Below, in pieces: positions 13,637 to 23,945 of a DNA stretch of 43,028 nt (within the stretch, counting starts at the first letter, position 1; each line of letters begins with the position of its first letter). The translations under genes and the position numbers were made by a program. Source of the DNA: a virus (taxonomy: Duplodnaviria > Caudoviricetes); the IMG/VR virus record IMGVR_UViG_3300026541_000005, positions 1 to 43,028 of that record, one strand, 5' to 3'. The notes below the pieces were generated by a model. That model searched no databases. It was given only the letters and a program-made list of their open reading frames with translations, and was not told the DNA's origin.

Positions 13637-13777
13637 AATGGCTTGGCAATTTATGGCTACATTTACGATTTTAACATTATGTGCTTGGTGCGTAACGACT
13701 GAGGCGAAAAATCCATATAAAGAAATAGCAGCTCGGTTAGTGACGTTATTTTTCGTTGGGAATATTGTGTCAACTCT

Positions 13778-14371
13778 ATGTATGATTTGGGGGTTATAAT
13801 GATGGTTAATATGGAAGTAAAGAAGGATGGTTTGAGGCAAACTCAAGACGGTATATGGAAACTCACAGTTACTGTAATGCCAGAAGACATGCCAGTAGAA
13901 CTTATGAAGGCTCCTATGGGGTCTGCTTATGGTTTGGCAATGGTTCCTATCGATTATGACAATCCAGTTACTCAAAACGATAATGTCATTTCTAAAAGTG
14001 AACCACCGATAAACGAAAAGTCAACTGGTCACAAATTGACAGAGGTTGAAAATCACACCGATAATCACACCGCTGTCACACAAGAGAAGCCAAAAGGTGA
14101 AAGAATGCGGATAACCGCGTGCGCCATGTGTAATGATGTGCAATTTTATAAATATATATGTTTTTTGGAGGTTGCCACATTTGAACAGGTTAATAATTGC
14201 GGTATAGAATCATCGCGTGCTTTTATACTGCAATATTGCAAGATTAAAGCACGAACCGAACTACGCACAAACCTCGAGGCGCAAGAACTATTTTTACAAC
14301 TTGCAAAGCAATTCAGTGACTGGAAGTTTATGCAAGGGCATGAATCCAATTTGAGCCGTCCGTATGCTTAG
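13778..14371 (+). CDS. Conserved phage protein (start probably near 13799)
   Basis: EVKKDGLRQTQDG...L.KAPMG N-domain and C..D..F...C.I.ARTEL..N C-domain. Confidence 0.75.
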   Translation: MYDLGVIMMVNMEVKKDGLRQTQDGIWKLTVTVMPEDMPVELMKAPMGSAYGLAMVPIDYDNPVTQNDNVISKSEPPINEKSTGHKLTEVENHTDNHTAVTQEKPKGERMRITACAMCNDVQFYKYICFLEVATFEQVNNCGIESSRAFILQYCKIKARTELRTNLEAQELFLQLAKQFSDWKFMQGHESNLSRPYA

Positions 14372-14454
14372 CACTCAGGTAAAAATCCAACTATGGATTG
14401 CTTTAATTATACTCGTTGGGAGTGTAATAGCAGAATTATTATTTTAGGAAAAAT

Positions 14455-14766
14455 ATGATACCAGAAGTTAACGTTGTAATAGGGCAACGCATGAGAAAAG
14501 CGCGCATAAAATTAAACATGCCAGGTAGAGAGATGGCTGTTAAATTAGGAATAACTCCACAGCAAATATACAAATATGAGAATGGAGAGAATAATATACC
14601 AAATCATAAAATATCAACAATATGTAAGTTTCTTGACATATCACCAGACGAACTCTTCGGTTGGAAGAAAAAGGAAAAAACACCTTATTTAATGATACTT
14701 TATACAGACCTACCAGCTAAACGCCAGCGTATCATTAATGCCTTAATACGCATGCTATCTGAATAA
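14455..14766 (+). CDS. XRE-family HTH transcriptional regulator
   Basis: IGQRMRKAR...MAVKLGITPQQIYKYENGEN. Confidence 0.88.
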   Translation: MIPEVNVVIGQRMRKARIKLNMPGREMAVKLGITPQQIYKYENGENNIPNHKISTICKFLDISPDELFGWKKKEKTPYLMILYTDLPAKRQRIINALIRMLSE

Positions 14767-14787
14767 TCTATTTATCGTCTGTTGATT

Positions 14788-14840
14788 AGAGACATTTCGG
14801 GAATTACGGAATGTCATTCCAGAATTTACGGAATGTCTCT
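14788..14840. terminator. Long imperfect hairpin between convergent early and late transcripts
   Basis: AGAGACATTTCG/CGGAATGTCTCT plus inner GGAAT/ATTCC; no clear U-tract. Confidence 0.5.
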
Positions 14841-14857
14841 TAGGTGGGTGGTAGAAG

Positions 14858-15055
14858 TTATTTATCGTCTTTGTTCTTGTTTTTATGTAAATTACCAGAT
14901 ATAGCATTTAGTATCGTTAACAATATATCAAGTATTTTTATGGTGCTGCTGTTTGGCGTAAAAATACTTATGCCTGTTGCGCCACCCACCGTTACTAAAA
15001 CTGGCACAATAACAGGGGATATAGTATCCCATACTTGTAAAATCGTATCTAACAT
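14858..15055 (-). CDS. Putative holin
   Basis: Small, hydrophobic, charged C-terminus, adjacent to the endolysin. Confidence 0.65.
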   Translation of the reverse strand: MLDTILQVWDTISPVIVPVLVTVGGATGISIFTPNSSTIKILDILLTILNAISGNLHKNKNKDDK

Positions 15056-15063
15056 AGTATCTC

Positions 15064-15450
15064 CTAGTTGGTTAAAACTTCTTGTACATCAAAATTCGGA
15101 CACGTTTTTTTGTCTGTAAATTCGTTGTGTCCGTGAACGGTCATACCTTGGAAGATATTATCGAGCATATCACGCATTCTTCTTAATGAAGTAAACTGTT
15201 TATCAGTGAACTCATCATTACCAATAAGACACACACCAATGCTATCACTGTTATGTCCCCTACAATGCGCTCCTGATATCCTTACAGGGCGACCTGACAT
15301 AATAGCACCATTGCGATATATAACGTAATGGTAACCGATATCATCCCAGCCATTACCGTTAACATGCCAGTCTCTAATCTCATCAACTGTAACATCTCTG
15401 TCATTCGGTGTAGCACTGCAATGTACTATTAGTTTATCGATGTCTCTCAT
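15064..15450 (-). CDS. Endolysin, N-acetylmuramoyl-L-alanine amidase (T7 lysozyme-like)
   Basis: IVHCSAT, WH...GW.DIGYHYVI, GAHCRGHNS.SIGVCLIG, GH.E...KTCP.F. Confidence 0.95.
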   Translation of the reverse strand: MRDIDKLIVHCSATPNDRDVTVDEIRDWHVNGNGWDDIGYHYVIYRNGAIMSGRPVRISGAHCRGHNSDSIGVCLIGNDEFTDKQFTSLRRMRDMLDNIFQGMTVHGHNEFTDKKTCPNFDVQEVLTN

Positions 15451-15725
15451 TTTTTATACCTTACCCGTTCTAAACGATTATTGACACGTTCCTGCCACTT
15501 TTCCAAAGAAATACTTTTAGATTTTAGTACTGCTAAGTCTGAACTGATTTTAGCAATATGATTATCTTGCCGTTTGTTTGTATCCCAAATCTCAAGAAAA
15601 AGAAAACCCAGTAATGTTACAAATAACCCCATTAAGCAAGTGCAACTCTTAAACCAAAAAGTTTGTCTCTTTCCACCAAGTTCAACACTACTTGTAATAG
15701 CGTTCAACTGTTCTTCGGTCAACAC
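15447..15725 (-). CDS. Single-TM coiled-coil protein in lysis cassette
   Basis: One TM segment followed by heptads. Confidence 0.6.
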   Translation of the reverse strand: MLTEEQLNAITSSVELGGKRQTFWFKSCTCLMGLFVTLLGFLFLEIWDTNKRQDNHIAKISSDLAVLKSKSISLEKWQERVNNRLERVRYKK

Positions 15726-15729
15726 ACTG

Positions 15730-15999
15730 TTACCCCACGATTAGCTGGAATATATTTAGGTCTTCTTGCCATGGTTGAAAACCATAATTGATTAAAAAAT
15801 ACAGACTAATAGCTATAATAAAGCCTGTAAGTACTTTTTGCAACTTTAAATTTAACTGTATATAAATACATACAGATTGCACAGAAATAATTAATAAAAG
15901 GATGTATATGTATATATCGAAATCATACTGCCCTATCATTTCTAAACCATAAGGAGCAGCGTGTAATAATAATACAACTATAAGAAGAACATTAAGCAT
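15730..15999 (-). CDS. Multi-TM membrane protein
   Basis: Three hydrophobic segments. Confidence 0.6.
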   Translation of the reverse strand: MLNVLLIVVLLLHAAPYGLEMIGQYDFDIYIYILLLIISVQSVCIYIQLNLKLQKVLTGFIIAISLYFLINYGFQPWQEDLNIFQLIVG

Positions 16000-16105
16000 T
16001 TCTCGTATTTCCTCTTTTCTGTTTGGGAGTGGTTTTTTTGCCTAAGCTACGCCGCACTTTACTGATAACGGCTTTTCTAGGTCTTCCATTTGGTTTTTTC
16101 GGCAT
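15992..16105 (-). CDS. 37 aa basic peptide with AT-hook-like GRPRK, not in ORF track
   Basis: Hand-translated MPKKPNGRPRKAVISKVRRSLGKK...; GAGGAG RBS. Confidence 0.55.
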   Translation of the reverse strand: MPKKPNGRPRKAVISKVRRSLGKKTTPKQKRGNTRNA

Positions 16106-16107
16106 AT

Positions 16108-16380
16108 CTACTCCTCTGATGGGAAGTAATCCGCTACCTCCGCTTTTGTTTTAAATACAAAGCCATCTTTTAAGTCGTTAGGCCATTCACCACCAACCAC
16201 AGCAACAACTGTACCATCGCTTGGATGATCATACGCTGTTGTAATTTCGGTTGTCTGTTGGGATTCAGGTGCTAATATACCTTTCCTATAACCAACTCTT
16301 GGCAACCCAGCAGCAGTTTTAGCCGCTGCATGTGCTGCATCAAACGCAGCTCGTGATTTAAATATAACATAATTTGACAT
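16108..16380 (-). CDS. Hypothetical protein (possible fibre-associated)
   Basis: AAGGAG RBS, follows the LamG repeat gene. Confidence 0.7.
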   Translation of the reverse strand: MSNYVIFKSRAAFDAAHAAAKTAAGLPRVGYRKGILAPESQQTTEITTAYDHPSDGTVVAVVGGEWPNDLKDGFVFKTKAEVADYFPSEE

Positions 16381-16395
16381 TATTCAACTCCTTTT

Positions 16396-18564
16396 TTAAA
16401 TTCCCCATTTTGCAGTCAAGTAGCTTTCTACTTGTAAGCGTTCCGATGTAGATAATAGTCGGTTGTAAATAAGTATCTCGGCATAACTACCAGCTGCATA
16501 TCGAGTCGTTACCCCTGTTGCTCCTCCAATAGTTAAAGCTACGGCATTATCACTATTTACTGTAACGGTATTGTTGGTGGCTTCTAGTACCCCATTAACA
16601 AAATGTCTTGATGTTGTGGAAGCATTGTCCATAGTGGCGGTATATATAGCATCAATTCCTGAAATTACTGGTCCTACACTGCCAGTAAAATCTGAAGATC
16701 CAGATTGAAAATTTAATTGATTTGTTGATTGAGTCAATAAACCATACATAGCTGTAGCCGCTGCACCATCACCTTTTGCTAGAAAGAAATTTAAACCTGA
16801 TCCGTGACTAACAAAACCTGCAGAATTAACCACCATAAATATAGTGAACCCAGTACCGCTATCCATGTCTAGAGTACTATCATCAGCAACTGTCATGAAA
16901 TCGGTTTGTGTACCAAAGTCTATTACATTCTTACCATTAATTGTAGTCGCATTAGTAGTAGGTTGCGCACTTCCCGTGCCTTGAATCGCATCATTGCTCT
17001 GCCCTGACTTGTCATCCCATTGACTAACTAAACCACCAGATTCAGTTATTGTGTTTGCATCATCAGCATCTAACCATAATTGCAAACCCGTTATGCTTGA
17101 TGGTGGCACAATTCCCCATTTGCCCAATAAATAAGTTTCTACAGATTCTATTTCAGATGCAGATAATAATCTATCATATATAAGTATTTCCGACATGTTA
17201 CCGAGCCAATTTTCGCTTGCGCCATCGATAGAGCCTATAAGTAAAGCACCTGCCGTATCAGCTATAGATGCTTTAGTAGTTGTAGCTGTTCCTATACTTG
17301 TTCCATTATTACGAAAACTTATTGTTCCACCAATTGCAACGGCGGTAGTCAAAATTGCACTTGCCCCAAATATCACCGCAGAAGAGCTAGTATCTGCTTC
17401 GGAACTAACCCCATCATTTAATAATATCCAAGAAAGATCTCCCGTCTCCGTTACTCTTAATCGATAAGCTGCATTCGCATCCTTGGCAATAAAATTACGA
17501 GCAGTGCCTGTAGTATCAGTTAAGTTTCCAGTAAAAAAGAAAGTACAATCTCCCGTTAGGCTTATGCTTGCGCTATCTGCTATGGACATAAAATCAGTAG
17601 AACCATCAAAATCTATGACATTCTTACCATTCTGAGTATTTGCGTTAGTAGTTGGCTGATTTGCCCCTGTGCCTTGAACGGCATCATTGCCTTGTCCAGA
17701 TTTATCATCCCATTGACTTACTAATCCACTAGACTCTGTGATTGTGCTTGTATCAGCAGCATCTAACCATAATTGTAAGTTTCCTATATCAGAAGGGATC
17801 TGAAAGCCTAACCATTTATTCGAGAGATAAGTTTCTACAGATGTTATTTCAGCCGATGTGAGAGAGCGATTATACATTAGTATTTCTGCTATCGAGCCAT
17901 TTAACCCACTATCTATACTAGCCCTTGTACCAATCCAAAATGCATCGCTATTAGGCGCGTCTGCTCCAAATGCATTTGTTACCTCTGCCGAGCCATTTAC
18001 TGCGATAGCCTGCGTAGTTCCTTCCCTGCGTCCTCTTTTTATACTAAAATTCGTGGTTGTAGCACCTGTGAATGTTACACCATTCGCTGCTGCAGTTCGG
18101 CTTTGAAAATAGATATCACCAGCCGTTGATGTATAATGAAGCGCATACCTATTAACAGCCGATTCAGTGATATTGATAAGATAATCTTGAGCCGTGACAT
18201 CTTGCACGGACACTACAAAACAAGTGTTGCTTCCATTAGTAAGAGCTAATAAATCAGAGTCTGTTGAAGTAAAAAAATCAAGTCCATCAAAATCTAAAAC
18301 ATTTTTGCCGTTTTGAGTAGTCGCATTAGTAGTCGGCTGTGCGCTACCTGTGCCTTGAGTAACATTATTACCATTACCACTTAGATCATCCCATTGACTT
18401 ACCGATCCACCAGATTCTGTTATTGTGTTGCTTTTAGATGCATCTAACCACAATTGTAGTCCGATTGTTATTGGTACATAATTTGGATTAAAACGCCTGC
18501 CGCCACTTGATTTACCAAGTGCCCAGCTATTTAGTTTTGAATTTAACCGTATTGGTCTAAACAT
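16396..18564 (-). CDS. Putative receptor-binding/virion protein with three tandem LamG/concanavalin-like domains
   Basis: Three repeats from LQLWLDA...VSQWDD.SG to G...EIL.Y.R.L...E...VE.YL..KW. Confidence 0.8.
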   Translation of the reverse strand: MFRPIRLNSKLNSWALGKSSGGRRFNPNYVPITIGLQLWLDASKSNTITESGGSVSQWDDLSGNGNNVTQGTGSAQPTTNATTQNGKNVLDFDGLDFFTSTDSDLLALTNGSNTCFVVSVQDVTAQDYLINITESAVNRYALHYTSTAGDIYFQSRTAAANGVTFTGATTTNFSIKRGRREGTTQAIAVNGSAEVTNAFGADAPNSDAFWIGTRASIDSGLNGSIAEILMYNRSLTSAEITSVETYLSNKWLGFQIPSDIGNLQLWLDAADTSTITESSGLVSQWDDKSGQGNDAVQGTGANQPTTNANTQNGKNVIDFDGSTDFMSIADSASISLTGDCTFFFTGNLTDTTGTARNFIAKDANAAYRLRVTETGDLSWILLNDGVSSEADTSSSAVIFGASAILTTAVAIGGTISFRNNGTSIGTATTTKASIADTAGALLIGSIDGASENWLGNMSEILIYDRLLSASEIESVETYLLGKWGIVPPSSITGLQLWLDADDANTITESGGLVSQWDDKSGQSNDAIQGTGSAQPTTNATTINGKNVIDFGTQTDFMTVADDSTLDMDSGTGFTIFMVVNSAGFVSHGSGLNFFLAKGDGAAATAMYGLLTQSTNQLNFQSGSSDFTGSVGPVISGIDAIYTATMDNASTTSRHFVNGVLEATNNTVTVNSDNAVALTIGGATGVTTRYAAGSYAEILIYNRLLSTSERLQVESYLTAKWGI

Positions 18565-18574
18565 TTGTTATCTC

Positions 18575-19768
18575 CTAATATTTAACATGCCAGTAAATAA
18601 CACGACCCAGTTGATCTACAGAACTAGCAGATCCCGTAAATGTGTGGGTATGCGTGGCACCGCTACCAGCAGAACTAGTAGTAAAACTAAAGCTACTATC
18701 CGCTGATCCTGCCCCAGAGGCAACTTTGTCGGTCTCAGCCCCAGCCTCTGGAAAAGAGTCCTCTGCTACAGTATGTGTATGCGCTGGCATTTGCGCTATT
18801 GTTAGACCTTCGCCAGAGTTAGTTCCAGTCGCCGCCACAGTCGCCGCGCCGTTAGTCTCCCCTGACGCTGTAGTTCCTGCACCATAAGGAACACGCTTGT
18901 CATTATCTGGCATTGTTAACGTTTTATCAGCAGCAAAGTCAGCTGCTGCACTTGCTCCACGTCCCGTTGATACAGGTGCAAATGTGTCTGTTATATTGTT
19001 CCAATAATATTGATATAAAGCCTCAAAGATAGCCGCTGCATTGGTGGCACCTGATGAGGCTGAACCCAACGTATCGCCATTCTCTAAGAGCTTCCCAACT
19101 GGAGGCGTAGCAGTATAACCAAATGTAACCGTTCCTACCTCATCGTTTGATATTTCATAGTCGTAATTAGTACCATCTGAATATATCTGTACCGATTGCC
19201 CACGTGTTAATGTAATTGCAGAAAGACCACCAATGGTTGATGTTGTCGGTGTTATTGTTGCCAGACCAGCACCTTTGTTAATTACTATAACATACCATCC
19301 ATCAGGGAAGGTTGAACTATTTGCTTGTGGTAAAGTAACCGCTACAGCAGCCGAATTACTAAAGGTAACACGTTTAGCCCTATCTCCAGTAAGAATAGTA
19401 TAAGACGTTCCCGTCTGAGCATTAGTTAGATGCTCAGTAAATCCTCCCGCGTTTATACCACCACTGAAAGCTGCTGTTGCCGATATCGTATAATCATCAG
19501 TTGTTTGTATTGGTGACGTAGGGGGATCTGTATCTGTTGCAGTTGTTAATACAAATTTATAATCATCAGGGTTGCCATAAATAGTAGAAAACCTTCCCGC
19601 TGAATCCGCAATCAACGGATTAGCGTTTGCAGTTGTGAGAGCTGAATCCGAAAAAGTAGTTAATTTTGTTGTTGTTCCAGCCTCATAAATGAAAAGCTGA
19701 CTTCCCGATATTGGATCGCCGTTAGAGTCATACGAGTTTTCTAAGATGGTGTTAAATAGTTGAACCAT
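18575..19768 (-). CDS. Tail fibre protein with N-terminal attachment domain and collar-like C-terminus
   Basis: D.NG.P..G..L..YEAGTTT....NP..ADSAGR; LT.AQMPAHTH and HTHT motifs. Confidence 0.8.
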   Translation of the reverse strand: MVQLFNTILENSYDSNGDPISGSQLFIYEAGTTTKLTTFSDSALTTANANPLIADSAGRFSTIYGNPDDYKFVLTTATDTDPPTSPIQTTDDYTISATAAFSGGINAGGFTEHLTNAQTGTSYTILTGDRAKRVTFSNSAAVAVTLPQANSSTFPDGWYVIVINKGAGLATITPTTSTIGGLSAITLTRGQSVQIYSDGTNYDYEISNDEVGTVTFGYTATPPVGKLLENGDTLGSASSGATNAAAIFEALYQYYWNNITDTFAPVSTGRGASAAADFAADKTLTMPDNDKRVPYGAGTTASGETNGAATVAATGTNSGEGLTIAQMPAHTHTVAEDSFPEAGAETDKVASGAGSADSSFSFTTSSAGSGATHTHTFTGSASSVDQLGRVIYWHVKY

Positions 19769-19831
19769 GATGCTATCTATCCATTAATGTTATAATTAAA
19801 AATATAAAGAAAATTGAAATAAAAGCTGCTA

Positions 19832-21763
19832 TCATTCCCCACCTCCGATGCTACTCATTATTGCTATATACTGGGCTATATCACTTGCAATAATAGGATC
19901 TTTCTTAGCAACATTATTTAAGCCTTTAATTGCCGCTCCCATAGTTTTCTGCGTTAAGCGTTTTTTAGCGTGTTTCCCCATCCATTTAAGAAAGTTGTCA
20001 TTAGTCATAAGACGTGCTGCGACATTTGCGCCCGCAATCCCTGAGGCAACTGATAACGGCTCTATTGCTCCACCAACAATTAACGCACCTAATGTCATTT
20101 GCTGTGCTGTTCCAGATGGGTTACCAAATCGATCAATATCTTTTATTCTTTCCGCTACTTCAGCCACATCATCTAAAGCTTGTCTTGTTTCTGTCTTGCT
20201 TCCAAAAATAGCTTTTTTAGCTTCGGGTGCTAGTTTATTCCATTCTGTTAAGAATTTATTTGAACTGAATACATCTCCAACCGCACCTTGTTGTCCAGGC
20301 GCAGCTTGTCCCAATCTCTTTATGAGGGTGCCACGTACAATTTCACGCTCTGAAGGCTTAAGACTTTTCATTATTTGATTGATACGAGTTCCACCAAGCT
20401 TAACTCCCGACGTAGCCGCTTGAAATACTTGCTCTGGAGCGTCCTTCTGAATAACCTTCTGTAATTGCGATTCTATTTCGCTTATATGTTTAGAATAAAA
20501 CTGATTAGCTTTGTTAAATTCCTTAGCAGCCCCCGCTTCGTCTGCTGCTATTTTTAGATCATCAGTAAGTTTTCCGTATAACTTCTTTAATGCGGCTTCA
20601 TCCTCACCGCCAATCAAGAAAGATTTAGATAATTTGTTACCAACTAGCGTTCTAAACTTCCTTAATTTTTCATAAGGTAGGGAGCCTTCAGTAGCCCGCT
20701 CACTCATAGCCCCAACAATGCCACTCGCCTCTTTTCCAAAAACGTCATCAGTAAATTGAATATCATCCATTAATGACAATGTATTAGAAGCACTAACATT
20801 TGTATCTTTTGGTATTTTTTTATCTAATCTATCAAAAAGAAAGTTACTGGCTCTTTGGAATCTCTTAACATAATTCTTACCACCTGTTTGAATAATCTCG
20901 CCAGCTTCTTGTGGTGATACGCCCTTTAAACCACCCGCTCTTTCAAGGGTGTTTTCAATAGTGGCTAAAACTTCATCTGAATTCTTTTGCATTTGTCCAG
21001 ACGCACCTGGGAATTTACTTAAAAATTTATCAAATAACTTCACAGATGGAGCATCGGATATGCCAGCTAGACTTTGTTTAACCCCAGCTGTTTCAAACAC
21101 ATCAGCTGCAGCGGGATTGATTTTTAGTAATTTAGATGCAGCCCTTCCTGGTAATTCAGCAGCTTTTTCTAAACCAGTTTCCAAAACTTCCACACCCGCT
21201 TTTCCTAAGGCTTTTGTTGTACCAGCCGCACTCACTCCCTTTATCGGCACAAAGAACGCGCCTATATTTACTGTAGCCTCTATATTTCTTGCCGCCCTTG
21301 GGTTCGCAGATTTAAAAGCCTCCCATGATTCCATGCCACCCTGTAATGCTTGTACAGCTGATTGCCCTATGGGACTTGCAAGTAATTCCCTACCAGTTTC
21401 TGTTAAAGATTCCTGCACTTCTGCTGGCAATGCTTCAAATCCAGTCGCAGCCGCAGATACAACGCCTTGTCCTATAATATCACCAAGTGCGCCAATCTGA
21501 GTTCCTACTTTTTGTACAGCGCCTTCAAGTCCTGTTTGCTCTCCTTCTCTTGTGGCTTGAACTATATCAGCTAGTTGTGCGCCACGACCTCGTAAAGCCT
21601 CTGCTGTTTTACCGAAAAAACCCTGCTCTTGTGCCACTGGTTGCCTTCCAGCCATTCCCATCAATTCCTCATTAGATATCTGAGTAATATCAGGTTGTAC
21701 ATTAACTTGACCACCTTGCATAGCAAGTAGTTCTTCATTAGATATTTTAGTTATATCTCTCAT
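19832..21763 (-). CDS. DNA ejection/internal virion protein (P22 gp16-like position)
   Basis: Large helical Ala/Gly-rich protein, NPSGTA motif, synteny. Confidence 0.65.
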   Translation of the reverse strand: MRDITKISNEELLAMQGGQVNVQPDITQISNEELMGMAGRQPVAQEQGFFGKTAEALRGRGAQLADIVQATREGEQTGLEGAVQKVGTQIGALGDIIGQGVVSAAATGFEALPAEVQESLTETGRELLASPIGQSAVQALQGGMESWEAFKSANPRAARNIEATVNIGAFFVPIKGVSAAGTTKALGKAGVEVLETGLEKAAELPGRAASKLLKINPAAADVFETAGVKQSLAGISDAPSVKLFDKFLSKFPGASGQMQKNSDEVLATIENTLERAGGLKGVSPQEAGEIIQTGGKNYVKRFQRASNFLFDRLDKKIPKDTNVSASNTLSLMDDIQFTDDVFGKEASGIVGAMSERATEGSLPYEKLRKFRTLVGNKLSKSFLIGGEDEAALKKLYGKLTDDLKIAADEAGAAKEFNKANQFYSKHISEIESQLQKVIQKDAPEQVFQAATSGVKLGGTRINQIMKSLKPSEREIVRGTLIKRLGQAAPGQQGAVGDVFSSNKFLTEWNKLAPEAKKAIFGSKTETRQALDDVAEVAERIKDIDRFGNPSGTAQQMTLGALIVGGAIEPLSVASGIAGANVAARLMTNDNFLKWMGKHAKKRLTQKTMGAAIKGLNNVAKKDPIIASDIAQYIAIMSSIGGGE

Positions 21764-23031
21764 AATTGCCCCGCTGCTTTACGTCTTGCAATTTCAGCTT
21801 GAATAGCATCTGGCGCAAATACCGCACCAGTCTTTAATGGCGCTGGGCCTTTACTAATCCTCTCTGTTTCTTTAAATAACGCACGAAGACTATCTACTTT
21901 AGCTTGGCGAGTTTTTTGGTTATCGCCCATCCGTGGAACAAATCTTTGAAATGCTCTTTCAACTTCTTCCTCTGGAACAGCAGCACCAGATTCTGATCTT
22001 AACTGTGCGTTAATAGCATTTAACATTAAACCTCTTGCATTACGACCAGTTGTAAATGGAGTTCCAATTGCCAAGTTTGCAACATCTATGTCGTTAAACT
22101 TTCCACTTTTATCTGTTATTAATTTAATAGCCTCTTCTAATTGATTAGCACCTGATCTTATAAGAGATACTTTTCCAGCTTGTTCTGGAGTCATCTTTTC
22201 TTCCAGTTTTCTCTTTTCCTTATCAAGGCTTCTTTGGAATTTAATCTGGTTATCTATTTGGCTTATCTTAGATTTTACGACCTCGACAACACCTTTATTT
22301 GTTAATGCTGGCAACAATCTATCGCGTTCTTGTTGCAATTGTGCAATTGATTCATTAACTCCACTTGATATATTTGTCTCAATAGCTGACGATACAATTT
22401 GGCTATCACTCGGTCCTCGACCTAACAAGCTCTCTAGTAATTTTTCCTGCTGTAGTGAGTTCTGTTCTTTTCTCTCTAGATCTCGTATCTGATACTCAAG
22501 CTTCCTTTCTTGAAGGCTTCCTTTCGCAGTTCCTACGACATCCTTAAACTCCTGACCACCCCTAACTAGACTTTGCATTTCAATAATATCATCTTCACCA
22601 AACTGACCTATTTCACTGGCTGCTTCCTGTGGTAATGCACCACTTTGTATACCTTGGTGTATCATATCGTCATGCATTTGTGCTTGAGCCTCAGGTGGTG
22701 CTTGCAATATATCAAACGCACTTCTTGCCAAAAATTCTTTTTGTGCAGCCTTCTGTGTAGCCGCTTGTTCCGTGCGAGCTCCTGCTTGTGTCAAAGCTCC
22801 TTTGAACCCAGCACCTGTAGGATCTATTTGCAAAGCTTGATTAACTGCCGCCTGTTCTCCAGCTGCTATACGAGGTGCTAACGCGCCAAGTGCCGCCTTC
22901 TGCTCCTGCGCTCTGCGTGCTGCCTCTATATTTAACGCACCTTTACGTAAATCTTGCCCCGCTTGAAGACCTCCTGTAACAGCCGCTCCAAATTGCGGCA
23001 AATATAAACCTGTTCTTGCATCGTATGCCAT
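21760..23031 (-). CDS. DNA ejection protein (P22 gp20-like position)
   Basis: Gln/Ala-rich, LRSESGAAV..EE motif, synteny. Confidence 0.65.
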   Translation of the reverse strand: MAYDARTGLYLPQFGAAVTGGLQAGQDLRKGALNIEAARRAQEQKAALGALAPRIAAGEQAAVNQALQIDPTGAGFKGALTQAGARTEQAATQKAAQKEFLARSAFDILQAPPEAQAQMHDDMIHQGIQSGALPQEAASEIGQFGEDDIIEMQSLVRGGQEFKDVVGTAKGSLQERKLEYQIRDLERKEQNSLQQEKLLESLLGRGPSDSQIVSSAIETNISSGVNESIAQLQQERDRLLPALTNKGVVEVVKSKISQIDNQIKFQRSLDKEKRKLEEKMTPEQAGKVSLIRSGANQLEEAIKLITDKSGKFNDIDVANLAIGTPFTTGRNARGLMLNAINAQLRSESGAAVPEEEVERAFQRFVPRMGDNQKTRQAKVDSLRALFKETERISKGPAPLKTGAVFAPDAIQAEIARRKAAGQL

Positions 23032-23040
23032 ATTATTCTC

Positions 23041-23943
23041 CTATGCGAATGATGATGCAGTTCTAAGAGCTGCTTGTTGTTGTGCCCCGCCTTGTTGCAA
23101 CCAAGGTAGGCTTGGATCAGTCGCGCCCATCTGTATGTTATCTGGATTCGCCCACGGCATAGCTTGAGTTTGTGCCCCTCCTCCTCCAAACATTGAAGAT
23201 CCCATCGATGCACCTGCGGGGCCTCCTAACGCTCCACCTACTGCCGTCGCGCCCATCTGTAGCCATTGATCACCAGCCGCTTTCATTTGAGCATCTTTTG
23301 CTTGCATGCCACTAGCATATGTCGCACCCTCTCCTGCTATATATCCCGCTCTTTGCTGCGCCGCACGCTCTCCCAAAGCTCCCAGTCCAGCAGTCGCTCC
23401 ATAACCAGTTTGTATCAATGGACTATACGCACCAAGATTTTGATATGCTGCATTTAACGCTGATTGTCTACCCCCCATTTGGGTTTGTACATCGCCAAGT
23501 TGACCACGTAATCTATTTAAGTAATTATCATATTCGCTTGTTGCAACCCCTTGTCCATAACGTTCTAATTCACGCCCCGTCGCACCAGAGAACAAACCGC
23601 CTTTTGCCGCCGCAGATTGTTCCAAAGCCCTACGCCCTTCCTCCCTGCGAAACTCATAGCCTGGGGTTGCTGTATAATCTCCTGTGCGTATTTGCTCAAC
23701 GATAGGATCCATCGTTAAAGCAACATCACGCATTTCCTGTGTAGGAGCTTCCAGACCGCCAGCTAAACGCTGATATTCACTTAACGCACCCGTGCCAGCT
23801 TGCATATACGGCTGATACGTTGCTGCCGTTTCCTCGAACTGCCCTTTAATAACACCTCCTGCTTCTGCCTGTTTAGCTGCCGCAACTTGCGCCGCTCGTT
23901 TAGCACTGCCGCCGCCGCCAAAAAGCCCGCTGAACATACCCAT
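23041..23943 (-). CDS. DNA ejection/pilot protein (P22 gp7-like)
   Basis: PY..AG..AL, PGY.FR..EG..AL..SAAA.GGL.SGAT...L..YGQG.A..EY. Confidence 0.8.
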   Translation of the reverse strand: MGMFSGLFGGGGSAKRAAQVAAAKQAEAGGVIKGQFEETAATYQPYMQAGTGALSEYQRLAGGLEAPTQEMRDVALTMDPIVEQIRTGDYTATPGYEFRREEGRRALEQSAAAKGGLFSGATGRELERYGQGVATSEYDNYLNRLRGQLGDVQTQMGGRQSALNAAYQNLGAYSPLIQTGYGATAGLGALGERAAQQRAGYIAGEGATYASGMQAKDAQMKAAGDQWLQMGATAVGGALGGPAGASMGSSMFGGGGAQTQAMPWANPDNIQMGATDPSLPWLQQGGAQQQAALRTASSFA

Positions 23944-23945
23944 AT

